From Roseibacillus sp. (lineage in GTDB: Bacteria > Verrucomicrobiota > Verrucomicrobiia > Verrucomicrobiales > Akkermansiaceae): a stretch of 64,000 bases of DNA. Numbering within the stretch: the stretch's first letter is position 1; each line of letters begins with the position of its first letter. This document shows, one piece after another, positions 37,226-46,383 of the stretch. The translations under genes and the position numbers were made by a program. A model generated the notes under the pieces. The model saw only the letters and a list, made by a program, of their open reading frames with translations, ran no database searches and was not told the origin of the DNA. Location of the stretch: positions 96,001-160,000 of the forward strand of contig JBPOGI010000004.1 of NCBI GenBank assembly GCA_051251855.1, written 5' to 3'.

Positions 37226-37822
37226 ATGAAAACTACTCTACACCTCACTCTTGCGTGCACCTTCAGCTTCCTCACTTGGTCTTGCAACTCGACCTCCCAC
37301 TCACCCGAATCACCCAAAACACCAGAAGTCACTCCCAGTGAAGTGGCCGACAAAAAGTGGCGTGCGCATCAAACCGAACTCCGCGAATCGCTAAACGAAA
37401 CCAAGTCCCTCTCGGCAATCAAGGTTCCGATCTTAAAGTCTACCTACCTGGAGAAAAGATGGGGAAAACCAAGCATTTCCACCTCCTCTGACGGCCTCTA
37501 TCGACTCTACTACGACGACCCCGAGAGTTCCTTCGACAACTTCACGATCATCGGTTCGTCTGAACCACTGGTTACTTTCGGCGATACTCCCCCGCCAATC
37601 AGTGGCATGGGAACCTCGATTCCCCAAGAGTGGAAGACCACCACCATCATGAACCAAAACGTGAATTACTTTGTTGAAACCTCCGGCGGAAACAATGGTG
37701 AAATGTGGGCCACCGAAGCCTTCACCCGCACCTCCCCTGACGGACGTGTGGGTTACTATCGCCTGCAAACCGAGTTCAACGACTTGGACGCTCCAGACCG
37801 CTTTTCTGAGGTTAGCTGGTAG
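37226..37822 (+). CDS. Lipoprotein of unknown family, paralog 3
   Basis: ATG at 37226, lipobox-like TWSC; ends GYYRLQTE...PDRFSEVSW. Confidence 0.8.
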   Translation: MKTTLHLTLACTFSFLTWSCNSTSHSPESPKTPEVTPSEVADKKWRAHQTELRESLNETKSLSAIKVPILKSTYLEKRWGKPSISTSSDGLYRLYYDDPESSFDNFTIIGSSEPLVTFGDTPPPISGMGTSIPQEWKTTTIMNQNVNYFVETSGGNNGEMWATEAFTRTSPDGRVGYYRLQTEFNDLDAPDRFSEVSW

Positions 37823-37866
37823 CCGACGCATCCTCCTACAATCGACTTCGGGAGCAAGCCAGGATT

Positions 37867-40800
37867 CTACTTCAAAGCCTTGGCTATCATCTTCTCGCTT
37901 ACCTTCCCCTCCCGCGGAACACCCGGGGCAAAGAGCTGAATCCGCCATTCCTCGAACAACCAGCCCACCTGCCAAAGCCTAGCAGCCTCGGGCCTCTCGC
38001 GCCATTGCCTTAACCAGTCCAGCCAGAGCACATCCAACTGACGCCGCTTCTCTTCATCCTTCACCAATGGCAAGCTTTCCATCCGCTTAATCCGCTCCTC
38101 GATAGCATCAAAGTGACGCGCAAATCTCAAAGCGCGTCGTGCGCCCGCCCTCCAGAGAAATCCATCCCTTGCCAACCACTCAAGCTCCTCTCCCAAGTCC
38201 GCCACTGTCTCGATGTAGAGCTTTTCGTCCGCTTTCCCGCGAATCCATTTACTAGAATTCTCGTAACTCTCAGCCGCTCGTTCCAATTCAGCTGAAATAT
38301 TCTTTGCCATATCCAACACCCAACCCCGCGCAGTCTCCGATGCAGCGGCAAATTCCTCCGCTGTGCGAGGCAGCTCATCAGACTTCTTCAAAAAAGCCCC
38401 CTCTACCGCCGCACGAATCACCTGCATATCGAGCGCCTCACTCTGATTAGGCCCAAAGACTAATTTTGCCAGCGGTCGTAAGAACCCTCGCTTTAAATGC
38501 CCTCGCAATAGCGGCTCATGGTCTAACCAAAACAAGCGCACCACTCCGGCGCGATGACTCTCCTCAGCTTCTTCTGCATCCAGGAACGCGCGCGTCCCCA
38601 CCGAACTCCCCTCATCCACCAACCCTGGAAAAACCCCGTCCACCTCCTTGGGTAAATCCCCAAAGCTCCAGAACGTCCCTCCTGTCATTTCCCACTCCTC
38701 ATTCGCCGCCGCCTCGCGCCGAGAACGGAGCAATCCCGCCAACTTTTCCTTGAGCTCGCGGACATCAGCAGAAAATCCGAGCACCTCTCCCTTCTCATCA
38801 CGCACCGTCACTGTTGGACGCAAGCAAGAAGGCAGACGCGACTCATCGAACATGGAAGGTTCGATCACCACCCCCGCAATCTTGGATAAAAACTCACCGA
38901 GCGCCTCTAACAAATCAACCTGCGGCTCCCAACCAGTCCACTCCTTCAAGAAATCATCTGCAGTCCCCTTCACTGGTTGAAAGCGCGTTCGCCAATCCTT
39001 GGGGAGGCTCCGAATCAACAATTCCACCCTCTCCTCTAACAACCCCGGAACCACCCAACCAGGCAAGTAGTCTGGTAGATGCGGCAATTCCGAAAGCTCC
39101 AGCTCAAAAACCAACCCGTCATCATCTGCCTCAGCATCACAAACATAATCCACCAGCCACTCGCGGCCGCCATGCTCGATGACATCGGGAAACAGCATCA
39201 AGCGACTCTCGATCCCCTCCTCCCACACCACATCCCGAATCCCAATCATGACCTTCTCCTCATTGTCCCCCTGACGCCGCCACTGATTGAAGCCCTTTGC
39301 CGTCGTCGCCTCAACCGGAATACGCGAGAAATAGAAATCATAAGCGTAGTCCTCCAGCCACAATCCTCCCACCCGCCGCAATTTACGCTCCGCTGCCGCC
39401 ACTTGTTGACGCACCTTACCCAATCTCTCTAAACACGGAATCTGCCCCTTCAGCTTTCCATCCAAGATTGCCTCCCTTACAAAAACCTCATGTGCCGCCT
39501 TAGGCGAAACCCTCCCGAAGAACACTGGCCTCCCCGGCACTATCGTCAGCCCTCCTAACAGGACTGTCTCCTTTCCATAGACCGCGCCGTGCTGCTCATC
39601 CCAATAGGGCGAGTGATAACGCTTCTTGCAAAGGTGCGGAGCCACCTCCTCCACCCACTCCGATTGCATCCAAGCCACCTTACGCGCCCACAAGCGCGAA
39701 GTCTCCACCAACTCAAAAGCCAAGACCCACTCCGGCCGCTTCTTTTCTTTAAACAAACCTGAACCCGGAAAAATCGCAAAGCCCATTCCCCCCAGACCTT
39801 TATAGAGCTTCTTCTCCTTATCCCAGAGGCCAATCGAGCGCGGCATCCCCGCCAAGAGCGCGCAATGAATCTCCTTATAATACTTTGCCGCCCGATTCCG
39901 CGATCCCTTCGCCTCACCTACTTCGACATCAAAAGTCTCCCCTCTGGGATTCGGGCGCTGACCTTTGCCGCAAAAACTACGCTCAATCTCCCCCACCACC
40001 TGGTCCCACTCCGTCAATCGACGGAAATTGCAAAAGTTCTTCTGACAGAATTTACGCAACTGATTCCTCTGAAACCGCCCCTTAGGATCCCGTAACTTCG
40101 CCACTCCATTCCAAATCTTCAGCAAGGCCACAAAGTCCGAACGACCATCGCGAAACTTCGCCTGCGCCTGATTCGCCGCAGCTTCTTTTCCCTCCGGCCG
40201 CTCTCGCACATCCATCACTGACAGCCCACCCACAATCACCAGCATCTCAGCCAGAATACCCCGCGTCTCCGCCTCCACCAACATCCGGCCCAACCTCGGG
40301 TCCAGTGGCAACCGCGCTAAACGGAGCCCAGTCTCAGAAAGACCGTTGCGACCATCGGATTGTAAAGCATCCACCTCATCCAGGGTCTTCATGCCTTCCT
40401 TAATCGCCTTCGAGTTTGGTGGATCGACAAAAGGAAAATCCTCAATTTCGCCCAATCCGAGCGCCTTCATCTTCAGAATCACTCCCGCCAACGAACTTCT
40501 TCGAATCTCCGGATCAGTGAACTCCGACGCTTCCTCCAGATCCAACTCATCATAAAGCTTCACACAAACACCCTCGCGCACCCGCCCACAACGACCTCGT
40601 CGCTGACGCGCACTCGCTTGCGAAATCTGCTCAATCTGCAAGCGCTGAATCCCCCGCTGCGGCGACCACCTGCTCACCCGTGCCAGCCCACTGTCTATCA
40701 CGTAGACAATGCCCGGGATCGTCAACGAGGTCTCCGCCACATTCGTCGCCAGCACAATGCGCCGCTTGCGACTCGATTGAAAAATGCGCTGCTGATCCCC

Positions 40801-41589
40801 CATCGATAGTCTCGCAAAAACCGGCAAGACCTCGGTATCACGAAACCCTCGGTCCTCCACCGCATTGGCCGCTTCCCGAATTTCACGTTCCCCTGGCAAA
40901 AAGACCAAGACATCCCCCGTTCGGTCATAAGCATCGACCCACTCCACCCCGCGCACCACTTGGTCCGCTAGATATTCACTATTGGTCGAAGGCAAAAAGA
41001 AATCCTCAACCGGAAAGGTCCGCCCCTCCACCATCACCATCGGAGCTTTGAAAAAGAACTCCGAGAATCTTCCCGCATCCAAAGTCGCCGACGAAATCAC
41101 CACCCGCAAATCCTTCCGTCGCTGAATGAGCTGATTAAGAATCCCCAGCAGAAAATCAATATTCAGGGACCGCTCATGCGCCTCATCGATAATGATGGTA
41201 TGATACTTCCGCAGATTTCGGTCCCCCTGCAGCTCCGCCAACAGAATTCCGTCGGTCATGAACTTCACCTGCGTATCCTTAGTCGTCCGCTTGTCGAAGC
41301 GCACCTCATGTCCCACCTCATTTCCCGATTGAACCGAAAGCTCCTCCGCCACCCGCTTCGCCACGCTCGTCGCTGCCAACCTCCGCGGCTGCGTACACCC
41401 CACCATGCCCGTCCGCCCTTCAGAGAGCGCCAACTCCAGCGCCATCTTGGGCAGCTGCGTCGTCTTCCCCGACCCCGTCTCACCCACCACCACCACCACC
41501 TGCGCCGAGCGCATGGCCTCGATAATCTCTTCCTTGCGTGAAGAAACCGGGAGTTCTGGATAAGTGATTCTCAAATCAGCGGGCCCCAC
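37867..41589 (-). CDS. hrpA: ATP-dependent RNA helicase HrpA
   Basis: GETGSGKTTQLP, TQPRR, DEAHER, SAT, ATNVAETSLT, QRRGRCGR; C-terminal EEWRIQLFA (DUF3418-type tail). Confidence 0.93.
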   Translation of the reverse strand: MGPADLRITYPELPVSSRKEEIIEAMRSAQVVVVVGETGSGKTTQLPKMALELALSEGRTGMVGCTQPRRLAATSVAKRVAEELSVQSGNEVGHEVRFDKRTTKDTQVKFMTDGILLAELQGDRNLRKYHTIIIDEAHERSLNIDFLLGILNQLIQRRKDLRVVISSATLDAGRFSEFFFKAPMVMVEGRTFPVEDFFLPSTNSEYLADQVVRGVEWVDAYDRTGDVLVFLPGEREIREAANAVEDRGFRDTEVLPVFARLSMGDQQRIFQSSRKRRIVLATNVAETSLTIPGIVYVIDSGLARVSRWSPQRGIQRLQIEQISQASARQRRGRCGRVREGVCVKLYDELDLEEASEFTDPEIRRSSLAGVILKMKALGLGEIEDFPFVDPPNSKAIKEGMKTLDEVDALQSDGRNGLSETGLRLARLPLDPRLGRMLVEAETRGILAEMLVIVGGLSVMDVRERPEGKEAAANQAQAKFRDGRSDFVALLKIWNGVAKLRDPKGRFQRNQLRKFCQKNFCNFRRLTEWDQVVGEIERSFCGKGQRPNPRGETFDVEVGEAKGSRNRAAKYYKEIHCALLAGMPRSIGLWDKEKKLYKGLGGMGFAIFPGSGLFKEKKRPEWVLAFELVETSRLWARKVAWMQSEWVEEVAPHLCKKRYHSPYWDEQHGAVYGKETVLLGGLTIVPGRPVFFGRVSPKAAHEVFVREAILDGKLKGQIPCLERLGKVRQQVAAAERKLRRVGGLWLEDYAYDFYFSRIPVEATTAKGFNQWRRQGDNEEKVMIGIRDVVWEEGIESRLMLFPDVIEHGGREWLVDYVCDAEADDDGLVFELELSELPHLPDYLPGWVVPGLLEERVELLIRSLPKDWRTRFQPVKGTADDFLKEWTGWEPQVDLLEALGEFLSKIAGVVIEPSMFDESRLPSCLRPTVTVRDEKGEVLGFSADVRELKEKLAGLLRSRREAAANEEWEMTGGTFWSFGDLPKEVDGVFPGLVDEGSSVGTRAFLDAEEAEESHRAGVVRLFWLDHEPLLRGHLKRGFLRPLAKLVFGPNQSEALDMQVIRAAVEGAFLKKSDELPRTAEEFAAASETARGWVLDMAKNISAELERAAESYENSSKWIRGKADEKLYIETVADLGEELEWLARDGFLWRAGARRALRFARHFDAIEERIKRMESLPLVKDEEKRRQLDVLWLDWLRQWRERPEAARLWQVGWLFEEWRIQLFAPGVPREGKVSEKMIAKALK

Positions 41590-41863
41590 TCATCAGCCAG
41601 AGAGCCTTCAAACTCAAGCCCACATCCTCTTCTCTTTAAGTTCCCCAATATTTTCGGCCCGAGAAGGAGCCCCTCGCCCTTTCTGTCAAAACTGGAACAT
41701 GGATTGCTTAAAACCAAGACAGTCTTGAGCGAAAAAGTCGCCTTCTTAGACAATCCAACAAAGAGGCAAAGGCTTGGTCGCCTTTGCCTCTTTCTTATCG
41801 GGAATTCTATTGGAAATTCCGTATCCAAAACCGCACTAATCGCCCCCCAAAGTTCTCCTCTCC

Positions 41864-43039
41864 CTACAGCCACTCTACTTCTGGCGGCATTTCCACAAAG
41901 GAACCGTTCACACAGAAGGGGTTGCCATCAAGAGTCACCTCCGAACCCTCCCCCAAACCAGCAATCAAATCCCAATGCAGAGCGCTCTTATTGGTATTGC
42001 CGGTTTCAGGATATCCAGCCCCAAAGGCGAGGTGAAACGAGCCTCCCATTTTTTCATCAAAGAGGATCTGTCCCGTCGCCCTATCAATCGCTCGGTTCGT
42101 GCCAAAGGCCACCTCTCCGATACGCCGAGCACCCTCATCCTGATCCAACATCGAAATTAAAAACTCCTCCCCCTCATCTGCGGTCACTTCCGTCGCGCGA
42201 CCATTCTCCATCACAATACGCGCATTGCAAACCGCATGCCCTTGATAGACACAGCGCTTATCAAAAACCACCACCCCATGCGCACCACCATTCTCAGCTG
42301 ATAGATTCGGTCCTGAGTAGACCTCTCCATCCGGAAAATTCTTGCGACCTGGGCTCGACAGCCAACGCATGCCAGAAACATCTACCTTTAAATCCGTCCC
42401 CGCAGCAGTTCGATAATGGAGCTCACGCCCCTGCATCAACTTCTCCGCAAGTTCGCACTGCCAACGATCCAATCGCTGCCAAAAAGCCACGGGGTCCTCT
42501 TGATTCAGCTGACAAGCCTTCACTACAAACTCGCTATAATCTCGCAAGCTCATCCCCGCATCCTGAGCATAGGCGTCCGTCGGAAAAAGAGTAGTGGTCC
42601 AAAGAAGCGGACGCAGCTCAGAATCGATACTCGGATCATCCGCCACCGCCGCCCGTTGAAAAAGAAGCTCCCGGCTCTTCATATTGGCCTTCGCAGCCCG
42701 CTGAATTCGCTTCGGATCAAATCTGTCCAGAGCCCGCAGATTCGTCGACCCTCCCAGATTAATGGTCGCATCCATTAACTCAGTCTCGGCTTGAACAAGA
42801 GGATTCACCCAATCCAACTGCTCTTCGTTCGCTAATTCATAAAAAGCCTCTCCGAGAAATTCAGGCCGACAATTCACCACAGGAAGCCCACCCGCCTCCA
42901 AAACCTTCCGATAAACTGCCTCCAACAGCGAACTCGCCGCCGGAACCGCGGTAATGCGAACCACATCACCCGGCCTCACATTTGTTGCGTGTCGAACGAG
43001 AACATCTGCCCAGCGTTCCAAGTGTAGATTGGTAATCAT
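41864..43039 (-). CDS. Aminopeptidase, M29 (AmpS/PepS) family
   Basis: NFPDGEVY, GEVAFG, LFDEKMGGSFHLAFG..Y, SALHWDL. Confidence 0.92.
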   Translation of the reverse strand: MITNLHLERWADVLVRHATNVRPGDVVRITAVPAASSLLEAVYRKVLEAGGLPVVNCRPEFLGEAFYELANEEQLDWVNPLVQAETELMDATINLGGSTNLRALDRFDPKRIQRAAKANMKSRELLFQRAAVADDPSIDSELRPLLWTTTLFPTDAYAQDAGMSLRDYSEFVVKACQLNQEDPVAFWQRLDRWQCELAEKLMQGRELHYRTAAGTDLKVDVSGMRWLSSPGRKNFPDGEVYSGPNLSAENGGAHGVVVFDKRCVYQGHAVCNARIVMENGRATEVTADEGEEFLISMLDQDEGARRIGEVAFGTNRAIDRATGQILFDEKMGGSFHLAFGAGYPETGNTNKSALHWDLIAGLGEGSEVTLDGNPFCVNGSFVEMPPEVEWL

Positions 43040-43154
43040 AATAAGTGAACCCGACTCTCTCGCTGGGCTTAGGACAACTTGTTCAACCCTCAGAAACTTC
43101 CAATCTCAAAGTCAACTTTCCGCTCCATTCCCCGTCCGATTGGACAAATCCCTC

Positions 43155-44660
43155 CTACGGCTTAAAATCATCCGTCCGAAATGGATAAGCCGGAAGGCCA
43201 GCTCCATTCACCAGATTCACCTTAGGCTTACCGGCAAAACCATAGCGCACGTAGAGAGGTTTCTTAATCTCTGGCGAATCGAGGACCACGGTTTCTCCTT
43301 CCACTCGGACCACGGCGGGAACCCACTTTGCACTCTGATCTGCCAGCCAGAAACCGCTCGGAGCTTCTCCGTCCGTCGTAGCAAGGCCCTGACCGTTTTC
43401 AAATTCAACAATAAGTGAGCCGCCTTTCGCTTCCACCTTCGACTTCACCGGACCTTCTGCAACGATTTCTTTTCCCAGAGTATCGCGTGCCGCCAAGAGA
43501 GCGAGCCTCTGACCGACAGGCAACTTATCTTTTGGGTGCACGTTCTTGATATCCCCCAAGTCTACCGTGTTCGCGACCCCAGTATGCGGAAGCTCTAAAG
43601 CCTGAAGTTGAGACTCTCGAAACCAAGCCCACGAGTGCGCGGTCGGACTTTCAGGTCCTTGGTCGGGACCCTTTTTCAAACTGTTTCCGTAACCCGGTAA
43701 CATCACGATGAGAAAGTGCATCTCTTCGTTCCCCCACTCCTTGCGATAGCGCATAATCCATTTCTTCAAGACCCCTCCGTAAAGCAGCATTCCTGAGTTC
43801 CGCGAGAACCAAGGCTCCTTCACCATCCCCTCCATCGACTGGGTATTGCGCTCGCCCTGATACCAGACCAGCCCTCGACACGCGAAAGGCGCGAGTGGCT
43901 TCATCATGGCGTTGTAAAGAATGTTCGGCTGACGACGGAGAAAGACATCCTCTTGCCGACTCCACGGCTCAGCATCGAGAGCCTTCTGGATTTTTTTACG
44001 AGTTTCCGTATCGGCATCGAACTCCTCCATTATCGTTTTGAAGTGCGGCACTGTCTCCGTCATATCACGTGGCATCCAGGCCTCAATGGACGAACTCCCC
44101 CAACATGTCTGAATAATCCCAATCGGCATCTTCGCTGACTGTTCTAAAAAGAAGGCGAAGCCAAAGGCAACCGCACTCGGGGGCGGGACGACCTTCCATT
44201 CCCCTTCGCAAGTCTCCTGCTCGGCAAAGGCCACCGTATTCTGAACTTGAAAAGACCGGAGGTTCTGAGCCTTGGGGAGAAGAGACTTCAGCTCCGGAAC
44301 CGAATTGGTCGCAAACTGCATGTTCGACTGACCCGAACAAATCCAGACCTCGCCCACCACAACATCCTTGAGCGCAATCTTCTCTCGGCTCGAACTCGTC
44401 ACCGTCAAGTTTGCAGAATCAAACGAAGCCGAGAGTGGGTCTAAGTCGACCCGCCAGCGGCCATCCTCCCCCGCCTTGATGCCTTTCGCTTGCCCCGCAA
44501 AACTTACCGTCACTTCCTCACCCGGCTTTGCCCATCCCCAAACTGGCACCGCCATTTCCCGCTGAAGCACCATGTGATCCGTGAAGGGAGAAGCCAACCG
44601 TAACTCGGCAGCAAGGGGCAGAGAAAAAACAACAAGCGAGAGGGAAACGAAAGGTCTCAT
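43155..44660 (-). CDS. Sialate O-acetylesterase family (SGNH) protein
   Basis: HMVLQR, GEVWICSGQSNM, WYQGERN, VHPKDK..VG.RLA; signal peptide. Confidence 0.9.
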   Translation of the reverse strand: MRPFVSLSLVVFSLPLAAELRLASPFTDHMVLQREMAVPVWGWAKPGEEVTVSFAGQAKGIKAGEDGRWRVDLDPLSASFDSANLTVTSSSREKIALKDVVVGEVWICSGQSNMQFATNSVPELKSLLPKAQNLRSFQVQNTVAFAEQETCEGEWKVVPPPSAVAFGFAFFLEQSAKMPIGIIQTCWGSSSIEAWMPRDMTETVPHFKTIMEEFDADTETRKKIQKALDAEPWSRQEDVFLRRQPNILYNAMMKPLAPFACRGLVWYQGERNTQSMEGMVKEPWFSRNSGMLLYGGVLKKWIMRYRKEWGNEEMHFLIVMLPGYGNSLKKGPDQGPESPTAHSWAWFRESQLQALELPHTGVANTVDLGDIKNVHPKDKLPVGQRLALLAARDTLGKEIVAEGPVKSKVEAKGGSLIVEFENGQGLATTDGEAPSGFWLADQSAKWVPAVVRVEGETVVLDSPEIKKPLYVRYGFAGKPKVNLVNGAGLPAYPFRTDDFKP

Positions 44661-44724
44661 AGGGTTTGAATGGCAAGCATTCTACAAAAGCTTATCCAAA
44701 TGAAAAGCCGAGGGAACAAGAATA

Positions 44725-44866
44725 GGGAGAGCGGTCTTTTCAAGCCGACACCTGAAATTGAAGAAAGTTCGGGGTAGGCCGGCTCGCTTTCGAGTCCATC
44801 TCGAAAGCTAGATACAACGACCCCTGAAGGTCGGTTCAGCCAAGCGGCTTGAAAAACCACGCTCCC
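44725..44866. repeat. Inverted REP-like pair enclosing two hairpins
   Basis: gggagagcggtcttttcaagccg ... cggcttgaaaaaccacgctccc; internal gctttcgag/ctcgaaagc and cgacc/ggtcg. Confidence 0.65.
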
Positions 44867-44876
44867 AAGCCCGCTG

Positions 44877-46304
44877 CTAGATCACCCAGCCCTCAGCCAG
44901 CTCATGAAACTCTCGCACCTGCGTAACCACCCAGTCGCCATCCTGCGAAAGAGCCCCCGCCATCGCCTGACCAACCTCTTCCGCATCTTGGCGAGCACCA
45001 CGAGCATCTTCCACCAGCCCCCTTGTTCGCCGAGCAAGAACATCCTCCACTCGTCGCGCCATCTCCAAGTTCACAAAATCCTCGGTAGTCTTTGCCCCAC
45101 TGGTCTCAATACGCAGCTCTTGAGTTCCACACGCACGGTTCTCCCAGCCCTCGAACTTCGCCACTTGGTCCACCAAATCCTCGGCCATTTTTCGATAAGT
45201 GGTCCACTTTCCTCCCGCAATCGTCACCAAGCCATTCGCGCTGCGTACGATGGTGTGGTCACGCGAAATAGAGGAAGTCTTTCCCGCAGATTTCGGTGGC
45301 CGGACCAAGGGACGAAGACCCGCATAGACACTGCGCACCTCTTCCGGCTTGGGCCTCCTCCCTAAATACTTCTCCGTATGATCGAGAATAAAGGTCAGCT
45401 CATCCTCCAACGGTCGAGGCTCTAACAACTTCTCTTCCCGAGGAGTATCCGTCGTCCCTACTAGCACCACGTCCTTCCAAGGCACCGCAAACAAAACTCG
45501 ACCATCGGCGGTTTTGGGCACCATGAGGGCTGAATCACCCGGCAGAAACTCTCTGGGGAGGACGACGTGCGCTCCTTGACTCACCGTCATCATCTCCTCC
45601 TCACCTTTGCGCAGCTCATCGACAAATATCCCCGTCGCATTGACCACCGCCTTGGCAGCCACCTCCCACTCCTCGCCTGTCTCCTCATCACGCATCTGAA
45701 CTCCTACCACCTTTCCACCCTCTTCCATCAACCCCGTGCACTTCACATAATTCGCCAAGCACGCACCCTGCTGCGTCGCCGTCCAAGCCAAGTCCACCAC
45801 CAAGCGCGCGTCATCAAACTGACCATCAAAGTAACGCACTCCACCCTTCAGACCTTTGCGCTCCACCGTCGGCAAAGCCTCCACCGTCTCCTCCACACCC
45901 AACCAGCGACTGGCACCCATTCCCAGCTTCCCCGCCAGAGCATCATACACTTTCAAACCCACTCCATAAAAAGGCCCATCCACCCAACGATAAATCGGAA
46001 TCACAAACCCCAACTTACTCGCCAAGTGAGGCGCATTCTTCATCAACCGACCGCGCTCCTTCAACGCGCCACGAACCAACTTCACATCCCCCTGCTTGAG
46101 ATAGCGCACTCCACCGTGCACCAACTTCGTCGAACGCGAAGAAGTCCCTTTCCCAAAATCACTCTGCTCCACCAAACAAACCGAATAACCCCGATTCGCC
46201 GCATCCACCGCAATCCCCATCCCAGTCGCTCCCCCTCCGACCACACAAAGGTCAAAGGACTCCTCACGATTCTTCATCGCCTGCAAAGACTGGTCTCGGT
46301 TCAT
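44877..46304 (-). CDS. glpD: FAD-dependent glycerol-3-phosphate dehydrogenase
   Basis: VGGGATG, GTSSRSTKLVHGGVRYL, DGQFDDARL, YAGLRPL, GGKWTTYRKMAE. Confidence 0.93.
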   Translation of the reverse strand: MNRDQSLQAMKNREESFDLCVVGGGATGMGIAVDAANRGYSVCLVEQSDFGKGTSSRSTKLVHGGVRYLKQGDVKLVRGALKERGRLMKNAPHLASKLGFVIPIYRWVDGPFYGVGLKVYDALAGKLGMGASRWLGVEETVEALPTVERKGLKGGVRYFDGQFDDARLVVDLAWTATQQGACLANYVKCTGLMEEGGKVVGVQMRDEETGEEWEVAAKAVVNATGIFVDELRKGEEEMMTVSQGAHVVLPREFLPGDSALMVPKTADGRVLFAVPWKDVVLVGTTDTPREEKLLEPRPLEDELTFILDHTEKYLGRRPKPEEVRSVYAGLRPLVRPPKSAGKTSSISRDHTIVRSANGLVTIAGGKWTTYRKMAEDLVDQVAKFEGWENRACGTQELRIETSGAKTTEDFVNLEMARRVEDVLARRTRGLVEDARGARQDAEEVGQAMAGALSQDGDWVVTQVREFHELAEGWVI

Positions 46305-46383
46305 TCTTCCCAAGACCTTCGCACGAACAAAGAAGAAAGCCCCTCAAAAAAGAGTCCTAAAACACCCTCGCTTCAAGAGCGAG

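Noticed and set aside
41704..42594. 296-aa plus-strand ORF
   Set aside because: Antisense to the well-supported aminopeptidase
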